A stretch of DNA of 64,000 bases from Tubulanus polymorphus. Its lineage: Eukaryota; Animalia; Nemertea. Below, one piece after another: positions 15,910 through 29,765 of the stretch (the first letter of the stretch is position 1; each line of letters starts with the position of its first letter). The notes beneath the pieces were generated by a model. The model was not told where the DNA came from. It saw nothing but the letters and a program-made list of their open reading frames with translations, and made no database searches. Location: NCBI RefSeq assembly GCF_964204645.1, contig NC_134025.1:11346001-11410000 (forward strand). Direction: 5' to 3'. A program made the position numbers and the translations under genes.

Positions 15910-17864
15910 TTCCATGATTTTTAATCACCATTTATAATCTTATAAAACGCGTGTACTATGAGAACAGTTTTCTTTTTGTAGATAGTCCCCATCGTTCGTT
16001 ACACAATTAAAGCGTGACAAAATACGGCATAGTTCCGAAACAAAGTGCATGCTACCTATAGAGTGCTGTGAATGAATGCTGTTGAGTTTGCTTTAGTAAC
16101 CCCTCGAAACAGTGTACAAAAACAAAGACCTAGGAACGAATTGAAATAATGAATCTTGAATTCATACTTGTGTCATAAGCAGCGCTTGAATACAATGATT
16201 AAATGAATATACAGAGCTGTTTTATTTCACCCCAGTTCATTTTTTGCCGCTTTGGGGCTTTCAAAAGCAGTTGATCGAACGTTCGAGTTTCTAATTTCGT
16301 CGGTGCGGGAACTGAAAAGAACAAATCGCGTGAACAACTATATCCTTAGCTTCGCGAGGATATGAACCTGACGGCATGGGCGCGAAAAATCAAAATCAGG
16401 TGCGATTCCAGGCATGGTGTTAGCGTAGACAGCATTGGTTCGACATCCTAGTTAGAAAAGAGAACCAACCAACTTTACAGTATATTAAATATCTTTCCAT
16501 AAATTTTCAAATTTTCGAAATTTTCCATACATTTCCATAAATTATCGACACCGATCCATAACCACATATTGAATTCACCTAACATACTACACGTACCGGA
16601 AACAAATTATATATATACATATACATACATATATATATATATTCTATATGATTATTTCTGTGGCATTTTGAGCACCCATTATTAATGAAGTAAATTGATG
16701 AAAATACACGGTAAAAAAATGATAAAACCCGCCGTAGTCGCGCGAAGAATACCGAAAACGACTAACCGTTCAGACGTCTTTACCATGCATGACTTAGGAA
16801 ATAGGACCTAATGCAATTTCGAGTGTCATATTGATCTCATCAGCTCGTCGTGTGAAATATCTTAATGGACAATGGACAGTTGACGGGATGTATAGAACGG
16901 ATGATAACCCATATAGCGATTGTCTGGTGATTGGCATCACCTTTTTTTCAAAACTGCAGTGTGGTTCAGTTTGATAATCTTTAAGAAAACCATATATATA
17001 TATTTACTCCTTGCAGGGATTTTAACCCGATGGCATCATGTCGAGATATAGTACAATCGTCTGAAATCGCATTGTATCTAGTCCCTGATTTTCTTCTTCG
17101 GTACAACATTGGAAATTCATTCGGGTTCTGCAAATACGGCATGCCAGCTTACTTTTCTCACATAAACCGCGGTATACTCTAGCGATATCATCAGGTTCGA
17201 AAATCCTGTGGAGCATGCATTGAATTGACCGAAATCAAATTATCGGTTTATAACTAAGTGTCAAAACAGTATATGCCATGGCCTAGATACCTAACTTAAA
17301 TGGTTCAGAAAGTTTTTACAGAGTAGAAGAAATTATTTCGAATACTAGGCATACAGGACTTGATCGGTGATTTTAAAAAGTGAAAACCCTACATTTTGAA
17401 TCATAATTTACAACATTCAGATCATCTGATTAAAGCATAAATTCGAATTTGGTGATGCACCAAGTATACATTCTATTTTGACATTGCATCAAATATAAGC
17501 GATTTTCAATTTCTGGTGATGCACCAAGTCTTTATCGTCATTGCGTTGTACAACATACGTAAACGGCCCGACGGCGGCTGTCATAATCAATAATCAAACC
17601 CATTTTCACAGATACGGTTCATTTTTACCCAACCAATCTAAATACCATTATACTATATATAAATACCCTGTTTACTGTATACGTCATCCCTGTCGTTAAA
17701 CATCTATTTCTTCATTTATATAAGTATTTTAGAAATCTTATACATTGACATACAGACTCACGCCTATAACATAACATAATATAATATATATAACATCATT
17801 TAAATATGTACACTCATTGAATATCAAAAGTATCCATCAGTAACTTGTGAGGATGCATCTCTAG

Positions 17865-18177
17865 TCACAAAGCCCGTTGATAGTCCGGCAGCATCCCCCC
17901 GCCAGCGTCGCTACGGTTCCCTAGTCCTATTGCACTTTGCGCAGCCGATGCGGCCGCGCTTCCGTTGGCGGAAGTCATCATAGAGTTCACGCTATTGGAT
18001 ACGAGCGGTGGCGATCGCGTGTGGAACTCCGGATACGCATGATTGTGGTTATGATTATGGTTGTGGTTGAGGTCGTCCTCGATTTTCGGCTTCACGTCCG
18101 GAGGGAATTGAGGTTTCTCGTCACGCCGGTCACCGTCGGAGAGCATCCCGTCGCTTGAATGTGCTGTCTGGTGTTCA
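17865..18177 (-). CDS. Six1/2: Six1/2 coding exon 2 (low-complexity C-terminal region ending MLPDYQRAL*)
   Basis: Acceptor TGTTTTTCAG at 18187-18178. The phase-2 join CG+T=Arg continues in the open frame (EHQTAHSSDG...). GC-rich coding-like island; 599+313=912 nt = 303 aa + stop. Confidence 0.85.
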
Positions 18178-18480
18178 CTGAAAAACATAATTTATTCGGC
18201 GCGTTAAAACAATCTCATTAAAAACGGTTACAGAGATGATAATTTCGGGTTACACATTACACATCAGATTACTGCCACGAGACGTTGGTTGCATAATTTT
18301 CTCTTGAAATGTGCTGTAAAGTTTTTCATATCGGTAATGAACTGTGAGTCAAACTGTCAAACGGAGGATATTGGTCCGGTAACTTCGACGATGTTACAAA
18401 ATGGCATAAGGAGCCGATTTTATGGACCACCATTTTTAACAAATATTAATCAATTGAGTTAATCCCATTGTTTTAAATCT

Positions 18481-18599
18481 GGGGCCGGTTGCTCAAGAGT
18501 TAACTGTCAGACACATATCATGGTAACAATGCAAATTCAATTGTCACTATGATGTGTGTCCACTGGTTAACTCTAGCCAACTTTTGGGCAACATTGGCC
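18481..18599. mobile_element. ~120-bp palindromic MITE (GGGGCC[A/G]GTTG family)
   Basis: Near-palindromic: GAGTTAAC..GACACATATCATGGTAACAAT / ATTGTCACTATGATGTGTGTC..GTTAACTC; homologous to 60717-60929. Confidence 0.65.
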
Positions 18600-18702
18600 T
18601 GTGGTATATGAGACTGGTTATCGAGCAATTATATAATATAACGACAATATTCATTTCACGAAATGGCAAAGTAAAGGATAGATTCCAACGCCCAACAATA
18701 AA

Positions 18703-18805
18703 CAGGACCCAGTTCCACAGTTGTGAGTTAGAGTTAAAGTTAGTTCATTTTCAATGAGTTAACTAAGAGTTGAATCTTAACTCGGAACTGTGGAACTGGA
18801 CCCTG
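18703..18805. mobile_element. ~100-bp hairpin MITE (CCAGTTCCACAGTT family)
   Basis: CAGGACCCAGTTCCACAGTT ... AACTGTGGAACTGGACCCTG; related sequence at 2024-2040 and 43780-43819. Confidence 0.7.
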
Positions 18806-19472
18806 GATGTTTATTCTTTAGCTGAAGACGTTTGTAGTTTGATGTTATACATATTTTTATTTACGATCTAAATTACAATGAGAGGGAACTTAATTGTTCC
18901 TTTTTATACATCGATGAGAAAAAATACATTGCTTTAAATACTGAATTATGTTTGAGCGCTTGTCACAATATGTCACATAATAACACATTTTCGAAACGTG
19001 AATTAGTTTTATCGACATTTTCTATCATTTACGTTAGCAGCTGCCAGACAAGTCTCGGGCATGGGTTTGCGGCGAAATCGTGCGTTCCATTTCCTATTAA
19101 CCGTTACATTGTCTGTTGACAACTTATCAACTTTCACCATCAGCCGAAATACAATTTACGACCACTCTAGCTATGTTGTCAGCAGGAAATGATGGCGTAT
19201 CGAATTATCTCATACAACATGATTGATCTACTGAATAATTTGTTAAATTAGTTTGTCTTCCTCGTCAGCGCCTTTGCTTTTACAGCGAAGGAACCACGTG
19301 TATTTTCTCTCTTGGTGGGTATTACGGTTGGTTCTCGCAGTTTGACGTCAGCGGAGCTACGCCATCTTACCAATTTTGAATATGGTTTTACCATCGTATA
19401 CCATATAGTTCATGGTTGTACCAAAGGCTTAGTACCGCAAGCTGTGCAACCAATGGCCAAGACTAGTTCTAA

Positions 19473-19541
19473 TGGCCAACTGTTTAGCACACTTGCTTTT
19501 TATGTATCCCGAGTTCGATACCCGGTGAGTGCGCGTAATTT
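19473..19541 (+). mobile_element. tRNA-derived SINE head, degenerate
   Basis: A-box-like TGGCCAACTGTTTAGCAC, B-box GAGTTCGATACC, then GCGCGTAATTT shared with the copy at 46162-46220. Confidence 0.5.
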
Positions 19542-22500
19542 AAAATTTTGCACAAAAATCACAGACGCATAAGTTAAAACTCATGTAATCACAATAATTC
19601 AACAGCAATTTAAAACCGCGCGAACACGAAAATCGAAAACCAATGCTAATGGTACAAAAGCACCGACCTTTTAGTCGCTATACGGTCTATATATTAGAGT
19701 TCTCACTTTCACTCTCTTTTTGTTCGCAATTCAGATTATCGTGCGCACAATGTAATAACTGAACGCGACTGAATAGTTCAACGATGACTAAACAGACGAC
19801 TTTCGATCGCCTAGCGAAAACCGAGAAGACTCATGAATTTGTCTCGCAATCCTCTGATCACGTATTGATTGACAACCGATACGCGTTACCGCGGAGATTG
19901 CCGCGAACTGGGGAAAAATAGCGAGCAAAAATCGAAGAGCCGGATGAGTTGTCTTAAAACAACCGATCTCGCGATAGTCAGAAGATCCTTAAGTTCCAAG
20001 ATATCTGGATGAATATTTCATCCATTTCGTCATGAATTAATGTAGAAATGATCATTGAGTACAATCGATAACCAATAACTAACTGCACACATATTACACA
20101 GGTCGACGATTCTCCGTGCCTACCAGGCCTGCCCGACCATCTCGAAAGGTATTCCCATAGTGGGCGGTTCCAAAACTTAGAGATAAGGATGAGTTCGGGG
20201 TCCTGGATCTTAATTCAAATCTGGGGCTGACTGGACACTGAAGAAATAACATGTTACGCATACACGTTTTCCGAGAACTTTAAACCCGATCGGCGTACGT
20301 CAAAATAATCATTTTGGGCACCTCTACTCGCGCTGATGATATCAGCTAGAAATGATAACATTTAGTAAATCAGCCTGTATATCAGTTACCGAATTAACTA
20401 CCTCGGTTTATGTATTCACGCGTTCGTTATCGAGTATTTACGATAGCGTCATTCTATCCGTTCTTGCGCTTATCTTGACAGGTCACCTCGCGTCATGTAT
20501 ATCTATATATATATGATATTCGGTCACATATATTAGGCGAATGATAGTTCGCAACAATAGTTCGGGTCACGATCGAGATGGGCTGATGCGTGTCGGTATG
20601 TTTTCGAATACCGAAATCCCGCCATCCGCATGTAAGCAGGCTTCTCATACATGCACTGCGCGTGGTATGTTTGCCTTCAATGTGCTATAAACGAAGGGCT
20701 TATCGGCGAAAGATTTTATCAATGAGCGGCTCCGATTACAATAAATTTGCGCCATATCCGCGCCTGAAAATCAACAGCAATTACAAGAATCGTTGTTGAT
20801 GGCGCATCAGAATTTTGACGGGTAAAGACGTGTAGTGTACATCATCGGTGTGCGAACCGGAGAAGGCTACATCGTTTTATAATTTATACTACGGCAATCA
20901 AAACCAATGTTTGTATACAACGCGATGTCATCCGAACGTCAGGATCGATGATAATCTAAATGTTAAACCCGGCGCGAATGATAACGAAACGTCGATCATA
21001 GCCACCGATAAGTGGCGATCAGAAGTCATCAACACGAAAAGAACGAAATCACGCGATGAACGCGATAAACCGAGATATTACGAGAAATGGTCATACGATT
21101 ATGTTCCCGTGTTTCCAAGATATTGCATACGTGGGGTTCATTTAACCAATGTGTTATTAACCAATGTTTAATGCGCGATCAAAAATCGTTAACATGCACC
21201 CGTAGCTACGACTGTTTGAATTGCGGGATTTGTGCGAAATAATCAAATTACATGAAAATATCTGTACGACACATATGTCATGTTATATATCATATCTTAG
21301 GGGGACATTTATTTATGTGCATTTATAGCTAGTTGAATTAGATTGAGTGACGCCTTGAATGGAAAAGTATATTAGCTTTCGGAGGGGAGGCATTGATTCA
21401 CTTGTTTTTTTCAACACATGAAAACAAAATACACAGACTCACATAGCACGAAAAACCATGAAACAAGACGAGAAACTCGTTTCGAATTGATACGTTTCCA
21501 TGTTTGATTCGGAACATACCAAAGAAACAGTAATTTCATCTAACAATACCAAAATGGGGGCGATTTTTATGTATCACATGATCCGCTCGCTGATCGGATA
21601 TTGTGTGGCGGTGTTTCTTGTTTAGCCACTCTGACATCGCACACAGCAATCGAAACAGTGTTTCTTATTGTTTCATGAAACGAACAGTGTTTTTCTTGTT
21701 TCGGAATAAACCAGTTAGTAACTTCATATTCTGAATTCGTTTTAGGAAGTACAAGTCAAAGACGTTCTATATTGTTTGTGTCCAGCACATATTTCATGAC
21801 ACATCGTTCACATCGAGATGCCTGTCTCAAACTGTAGACCATGCATATTTCGCATTTGTATGCGGCTTTGGCGGCCATCTTGTATGACCCAGATAAGTGA
21901 AGAAATAAAAGAGCTCATTCTCACCCCCCCCCCCCCCCCCCCACCCGTAACCCAAATACAAAGTTATCAGATAATTGGTCCAAAACTATGGAGTGAAACA
22001 AGGAACGATACCCGAATTCTAGGAACATGGCCTCCTAAAATATGGCATTGGCGGCAATCTTGGGCGATTTACATAAGTCAAAAGCAATAGGGCTCATTCC
22101 CTTATACCTGTAACCGCATACAAACATGGCTGTGGCAGCCATCTCGGAAGACCTATATATACATACGATAGGGATTATTCCCGTTCCACCCCAACTCGAA
22201 TACAAAGTATTAAGACCAGCCACAATGCTGTAGACCGTATAGCGAAATTAGGTAGAACGATGTTAGAATCCAATACGTCCATCCACGTAAACATGATAAG
22301 GCTCTACTCCAAAATCTAACGCCCTCTGATAAGACGGACGGAGGATTATGGTGATGTCAGTACCCCACGGCGACTGCCAGCGAGGGGTAAAAAGTCAATA
22401 TAAATTCTTTTTGGTGGCTTGCATGATGATGTTGATATAACTCAAGAACGAAACTGACCAAAAATGAACAAATTACGAATACCAACTGATGCGATAGCAG

Positions 22501-25500
22501 GCATATGTTGGTACGCCATACCCTATTGCACAATGTCATCGAAAAAATGACCTTGATGATTTATATCAGTCAATAAGATCTTAGTCGGCTTTGCCACCAG
22601 GGCGATCCCGGTTGGCGATTTCCTATTCGTTTGCCTATTTACGAATGGGCTAATTTTCATAGTTGGGATTGTTTCTTTTGGCTTCTCTGATGTCATGTTT
22701 GTCAGTTCCTGCTGAGTTGATGTCTGACAAGGTGAGTGCCTACCACTAATTTTATCTGACAGGCTGGCAGTTTCTATCAAACATAACCGTGCATATGGTT
22801 TCAACATGTATACATCCTAGCAACGAACTGGCTAAATACTTTTATCAATAATACTCGAACTTGTCATGGTGTAGCGTTCGGGTGATATAGGCTTTATATA
22901 TTTACATAGATCTAGGTGAATCAAATCCTAGAAAAACATTGATATGTGTGCATAGAATAACCCTTGTCGCATGTGCATTTTGCCACACATGCTGTCACTT
23001 TTTTCTGAACATGTACGTAATAATCGGGGTTTCCAATAGCTGCTCCCAGCCGCGCTAAAGGCTAATTGCCGAAAAGATTATTTTGAAAAGAGCTAATCTT
23101 AAGAATATATTCTGGTAAGACAGGAGAATAAGTTCATTAGAATGACGGATAAGTAAAGCCTTTCAACCATCATCTGACAAGCGTACGTCAGTCAGAGATA
23201 AACAGATGGGAAAAGAAGCAACTGGCTCCCTGCAGGTGGTCCAAAAATGCATCGAAACTGAAAGCATTGCACCCATTTCCCCGCGGTATTCAGCGCCCGA
23301 ACTCGTGGATTTTCTATTTGTATTTACGGATCCGGCTAAGATTTTGAGTCAATATAACGAGGCGGACGACGGCGACCATTCGCGTGTATGTTGTATTCTG
23401 CACTTCTCTAAATACACTTACCATCTGTCTGGGGCACCTAAATCGCCGGGGATATACGGTTACAGAATAGATCATGATTGGCAGCTGGAGTTGGATCTAA
23501 TAAGCCTCGGTGAAAGCTGATGCAAATTAAGTTCTGATCTCTATTAACTGGACCAAATTCACTGGAACGATCTATTTCGCGCTGGGAAACCCGATCCGCG
23601 GTGAATAATTCGCCAGCGAAGAAAAGAAGTCCTGAGGCCTCATCACCGGTGAATTTTTGTCAGCAGCATGAAATCGAGAATAATGTGGTAGAAAATGCTT
23701 TAGCTTGTCATAAGACATTACAATCCATTGTGTGTGTGTGCATGGGTAATAATACAAATACGTGTTTTGTCTGTGTTGGTTCGTAGTGGGCCATCTGAAG
23801 CCCGCGCGCTAGTCAAAAAAGCATCTGTCGGAGACGACGCGACCATTCTTATTGACACGTCTTGAGTAATAAAGGTAAATTGTGCCGTGAGATCCAGTGT
23901 AAATGTCTGTTAATGGTTTGAATCGGTTTTGTTGGATTTGACGCCGGGATAAAGGTTCCTGTCATGTAAGATTGACACGCACGCTTATAAGCTGTCGGTT
24001 AATATTTGCCGAGGCACATTAGTCGGATCGGGTAGCATGGACAATAACTTTCGGTGTTATTTGCCTGAAGTGCGTTGTAGTCTACCATTACATTGGGGGG
24101 TTTAACCAATAAAACAATGGTATGCGCGCTCAATACGGACGCCGCTGGACACCGGTAGCATTTCCGGTTTTTGACCGATGAAAACAGACTCGGAGCTTCC
24201 GTTTGCAGAACGACTTACCATTGCTTCTTTACTTTCACCAGCGAGGCTCCCCCACCTCCCTGTGTTCACGTTCAAGAGATAGAAACGAATGAAATGAGCC
24301 AAACCGATGTATTTTCTAAATCCGCATAGACGTACGAAAGGGAAGACCAAAAACAGGCCAAATCTATATAGGTATTTTTGACCGAGTTAAACCCCTAAAC
24401 CAACTGATTAAACAATGGCCTCTAAAAGTCCATGATTAAACCGATTTGGTTGGTAAAACATGAGATGGACTATTTATGAAGCTACACTCGTAGTGATAAC
24501 AACCATTTAAAACAGATTGGTTCAATAAGGTTGAGGTCGGAATTGAATCGGTGAAGGGCCCCGGTAGTTATATAATGGGTGAAAACCGGGCGGCTGAATG
24601 AGAACATTTCCACGAATTCCATTGTTATTTCGTTTATTTGTTTGGGTTCTAATTTTCAAAATATCCAGTCATATATGTGTATTGTCACTCATCGCTCACC
24701 TCTATCTTCTCAACATATTGAGCGTCGTTCCGAGCATCATAAATGCGAGTTTTCATTTTTCTTCTCCTTAGAGGAAGGACTGTCGCCACCGTGACTCGAA
24801 CCCACATGAAGGCCGGATTGTTACGAAGATCGATGCCTCCCTGATCTTTGTAACCGGCATTCTAAGCAATGGGAATAATATAACCGATTTTACCCATCCA
24901 ACTACCGTATCAGTACTTTACATGAATAAACAGAAGGATAAACAGTTCTAGAAAATGGCATATCGTTATCAGACTTTGTTGGTTGACACAACAAATGCCA
25001 GTAAATCGGAAAAAAGATCTAAGATGTAGGGATAACCCAAATCGTATTAAACAGTGTTGTTGCAGCATTCGGTATACTTTATAATAACACGAATCTGTAC
25101 GGGATATCGGCAGGTGTTTCAGACCCTGCGAAATTGAAAGGCGAAAAAGATTCTGTTGTCGGTTCATGATATACTTTTTGAACATCGTGCTGAAGGATTT
25201 CAAACTTCTTTACGATACAAGCATGGCTTTTAAATTACATTTGAAGATGATTGTGCTACAAAAGGATTTTGCCTTTTGAATCATACATGCCAGATGTATG
25301 GGGATTGAAATGATTTCAATGGTGATCATTTGGTTATCCTAGACCTGGTTGCTCTTTTCGCGGTTCGTACGGACCTTATCAACTTCTGCTGCATTCTTAT
25401 TTTCATTCAAATCTGATTTTCCAATCGGGTGGTCCTTCATTAATCAGGACGCTCCGTCGTGTGTATCATTTTCATTGATCAAATTTAAGCGGAAAAATCT

Positions 25501-28500
25501 TTTGTTCCGCAAATCAAGCAGTTAGTTACACGTGCCGCGTACCGGCAGTGTGGGGAGTGAAGATTTTTTCAATATTTCGTTAATTGGGTTTTCGGGCATG
25601 TGTCGCCGACTCGTTCGACGCACGACTCATGTGTGCTGGCCTGTTGGTTTTAGACTCCCTGTTTTATCATATCTTCGTACATAAGCGCTTAATTTGTTTA
25701 ACAAGTGGCGGCTAGCCCGGGGATAGCACCGGCCGCTTCGATTCTCGACAGTTTGATAACAGCCTCCCCGGAGACGACGTCAAAAGTCGCAATTTTCTGC
25801 CCGGTTGCGCGACAATAGCCGAGGGATGTACTCAATCTTGTTAACTACGCATCAAACAGTGAACTCGACAATTTAACATCGCCGAGCCATTGTGAATCGG
25901 TATCGGAACCGGATTATCACGGGGTGGGATAGCGTACTTTGATGAGCTCATAACGACATTCGCCGTGCGCGACAGGTAGCGCGGAGGCAAGGTCCACGCG
26001 CGCGCGCCGCGTTCTACGACATATCGAGCGAGGTCTTTCCCGTTATCAAACGCAGATTTCAGATCAAATAATTATATATCAAACAAACATTTTCGATCGA
26101 TCATGCGCACGGACGAAATCACTACATAATAGTTGTCGAGCGAAACTGTCAACCCGGAGCCAAGTAGCTGGATACACAATTTATATAAACTGATTGTGGA
26201 CTCTATTCTAATCTCAGTTTACATAATGTGACCAAATAGCTGGAACCGCGATGTAATTTGCAATCGGATCCAGTCAGAGGCCGTACACATGCGTTCGATT
26301 AATCAAACGTCGTCGTCGATGCTTGGGCCAAAAGTTCGAATGCAATTTACGTGTAATCTTTAGTCACGTCGGGTTTCAATTTCAATTTCGCCGGGTTCGT
26401 ACTCACGCCGCGACACCCAGACTGTTCGAAACCGAACGCGTACAGTCGGTTTGTTCCCTTTGGCGCCAAGCATGCACCGCGCGTTATAACTACAGCATCC
26501 GGTTAAAGGTGACATCGAATATATGCATAAGTGAACATTTACTGACATCGGAGATTGCATTCAATGATATTTCCGATGCGGTGTATTTCTTTTCTACAGC
26601 TGTTGAACGCGATATACTTTTCAACTGTATTGAATGCAAAAAAAGATAGAACACGATGCGTATAACACTCTAAATACTTAATAAATATCGCAAATATATG
26701 TATGTCAGTCAACTTGACTAGGTGGGCGTGGTGACAGTTAACACCGAGAAAAATCGAGCGTAAACTTTAGTTCGTAACTATATCAAAGTCAAAGTGTGCA
26801 GCTATTATCGACAAAATTGTCGATTGTTAAATTCGAAACCGCTGTTAACTTTGTTAAAACGGGGTGGAGAGCAGCGTCGAAGTCGGTTAGGTACATGATT
26901 CAGGCGATCGATGTATATTTGCATCGCCCCAAACTGTATAAAACTGTATCACAAACAACTTCACCGACTTATATATATATACGTTCCAAGTGCTGGCTGG
27001 ATTCTAATCGATGAGCATTAGAAACGTTTGGTACTTTACCTATAAACAATACGCGCACGGCCTGTCACTGCGACTGCGTTTGATAGTTTTCAGGGTACAA
27101 GAATCGAATATCGTCGCGTCACACTGTAACAGTTAATCAGACGAACGATGTAAAACTGTATATAGACCTAGGCGTGTCAACAAAACCTGGAAAATTCCGT
27201 TCGGTTCGACATTAAATTTTTGGTTTCGAATGATTTCGAATTCTTATAATCGTCGAATGATGAATTGGCTATAAGGTTTCCAATCGATGTATATGTGAGT
27301 CGAGTGGCGGTTGACTCGTATTTATAGTTCAGTAATGTATGTATTTAAGCAGCGGTGAAAAATAAAAACACCGCCATCCCATAATTCCGCCTGGCTTGTT
27401 CACGTATTAAAACCGAAACCTATAATCAATTCCATAAGCATTTCGATTGAGCTCATCTATCTCTATTCGATGACCCTTCCCATACTTCCGACGGAGGTAG
27501 GCCTGCATAACGCGGAACTGTGGAAGCAAACATTTTTTCGCAATTTTCGTGATTGATAAATAGAATAAATGATATTCGATCGTAAAGCGAATGAAGGGAT
27601 ATGCAATACACGCTTCAATACCAACTGTTGGATTTTACTCTTGATAGGGGCATTATTTTTTCATAATCATAATCGCTGCACGACCATGAAAACCGTTTCA
27701 CCTGTATATAACTGTTGAATTATAACCAACTTTCATATTAACAACAAAAAAATATAAAACCCTCTGTCTGAGAGCCTTCGTGTGTGTGTAATACGACTAA
27801 TATTTCGAAATTGTTTCACGTTTTCGCTGGTGTCTTTTCATCTCCGAATATGACGAGTGTTCGGATCCGTCAGCCAAAAAAAAAAACAAACAACCAAACG
27901 AAATACCTCGGTGGGTATTTCAACGTTTACAGAAAAGACGTCTGCGTAAATCCCTAACGCGTTCAGAAGAACTTTAACAACACTAAATGTCACTGATAAT
28001 TGTTATACATATTTCATCTATATTTCATATTTCTTTATTGTTTTATGTCTCCATCTAATTACTCATTGTCCTCTGAGACCGTTTGTCTGCATCAGAATGT
28101 GTTAATCGTTGTTTGTCTCTCTGTCATGTCACTACTCGTCACCTTTGTTTTTGTATCATTTTCCATGTCTCAACCTGTCTTGAATCTGTGGTATATAAAT
28201 AGGTGTGTGTAGAAATAAAGTCAGTTCCAGTTTATGTATTCCAAGGTGTTAGTTAAGTATCACTCTTTCCGACGTCTACCATTCTTCGAGAATAGGACAG
28301 AAAATAGCTTTGCTAAAGAACCTTTAATACACTAAGTAATTCTAATTATGCATAGAATTTTCAATTATTTAAATGGTTACTGCGTTCGTAAATGCTCAAG
28401 AATTAGCATTTCCGATAAAGATTCTACCTAAATTGTGAATTTCTTTTATATATATGATGCAATGATGCAATAATTTGAAGAAACGATTTCCATAATTTTC

Positions 28501-29444
28501 TCTATATCCATTGTCGGTAGAGACTTTATTTTTGATATATTTTTTTTCGTTTCTGCCCATGGGTATTCATTTATTCGACATGAATTCTACCACACGAGAT
28601 GGGATAATTTTGTATCGTAATGAGGAGAGAAAAACGTAACTGCGATAACGCCATCTTCAAATTCGCAATCAAATTCAAATCGACAAAATTCCCGAAATAG
28701 ACCCCAACTAAATTAAAGAATATATATAAATATTTTTTTCTGGTAGGGCCTATATACCAGGAATAATAAATTGTGTACGCAGCGTTTAGCAAGTTGGCTC
28801 ATCTTGAGATAGGGCGGATTATTAGAAGATACCAGTGAGAAAAGCTATGTGATAATCGAATAACCAAAGCAAGTACGGTTAACACGCTAGAAAAAGGACA
28901 CGCGACCATGCGATATATAGCTGTTATTCGTATTTTGAAAATCGGCATGTATCTTCGGATGAGGGTGCTAACGCTGCTTTGATAGGCAATTTGCCCGTAC
29001 ATTATTGTTTCTGCCATTCCAATATGTAAAAAAACAGATAAATCGTAACACCCGTGTATACGGCGTTTTGTATTATTATCATCATCGACGTCGAATTGAT
29101 TCGAGACACTAAGAATTCGCGTGCAAGTCGCCAACACCCGATACGATTTAAACAGTTAAAATTCTGCCGAATTCAGCCGTATCGCGTTACAATACTTTTA
29201 TAATTGTATATTCGCCACGCAGGCAAACACGTCATTCGATACGGTTTGCTGCAGCACCTAACAAAACTAATTGATGACATCTCTCTCTTCGTCATTATTA
29301 TTCGCTCGGAGCTCTGTTCGACTTCGGCGTCGATCTCCACCTAACCGAAATATATATACATACATACGCGCATATGCATCAAGCAAAATTCGGCGATAAC
29401 AAGCTGATTTATCTGCAACATATTTTTCGACGGCTGAGTCCTTT

Positions 29445-29765
29445 GTCATTTTCTCCTAAGACCTGAAAACTATTTTCGGACTGACGATTGTTTTGAGAAA
29501 TGGAAATAAAGTCAATTTTCATTTTCATTTTGATGTTACATTTTTGGACAATTTTGCATAATGAATAAAATGGTATTAGGAAGAAAAATGTAACGAAGGA
29601 ACTAGTCATTTTCTCCTGAGACCTGAAAACTATTTTCGGACTGCCGATTGTTTTGAGAAATGGAAATAAAAATCATTTTCATTTTTTCATTTTGATGCGA
29701 CATTTTTGGACAATTTTGCCTAATGAATAAAATAATATAAGGAAGAAGAATGTAACGAAGAAACT
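29445..29765 (+). repeat. Tandem duplication, 160-bp unit x2, in the Six1/2 intron
   Basis: GTCATTTTCTCCT.AGACCTGAAAACTATTTTCGGACTG... starts at both 29445 and 29605. Confidence 0.95.

Noticed and set aside
22523-22807. 94-aa minus-strand ORF in the Six1/2 intron as an extra exon
   Set aside because: No recognisable homology or convincing splice pair; exons 1 and 2 already join in phase.
25915-25947. TATCAC...CTTTGATGAGC resembling both ends of miR-2
   Set aside because: The middle is longer and unrelated, the seed is not intact, and no precursor hairpin was seen.
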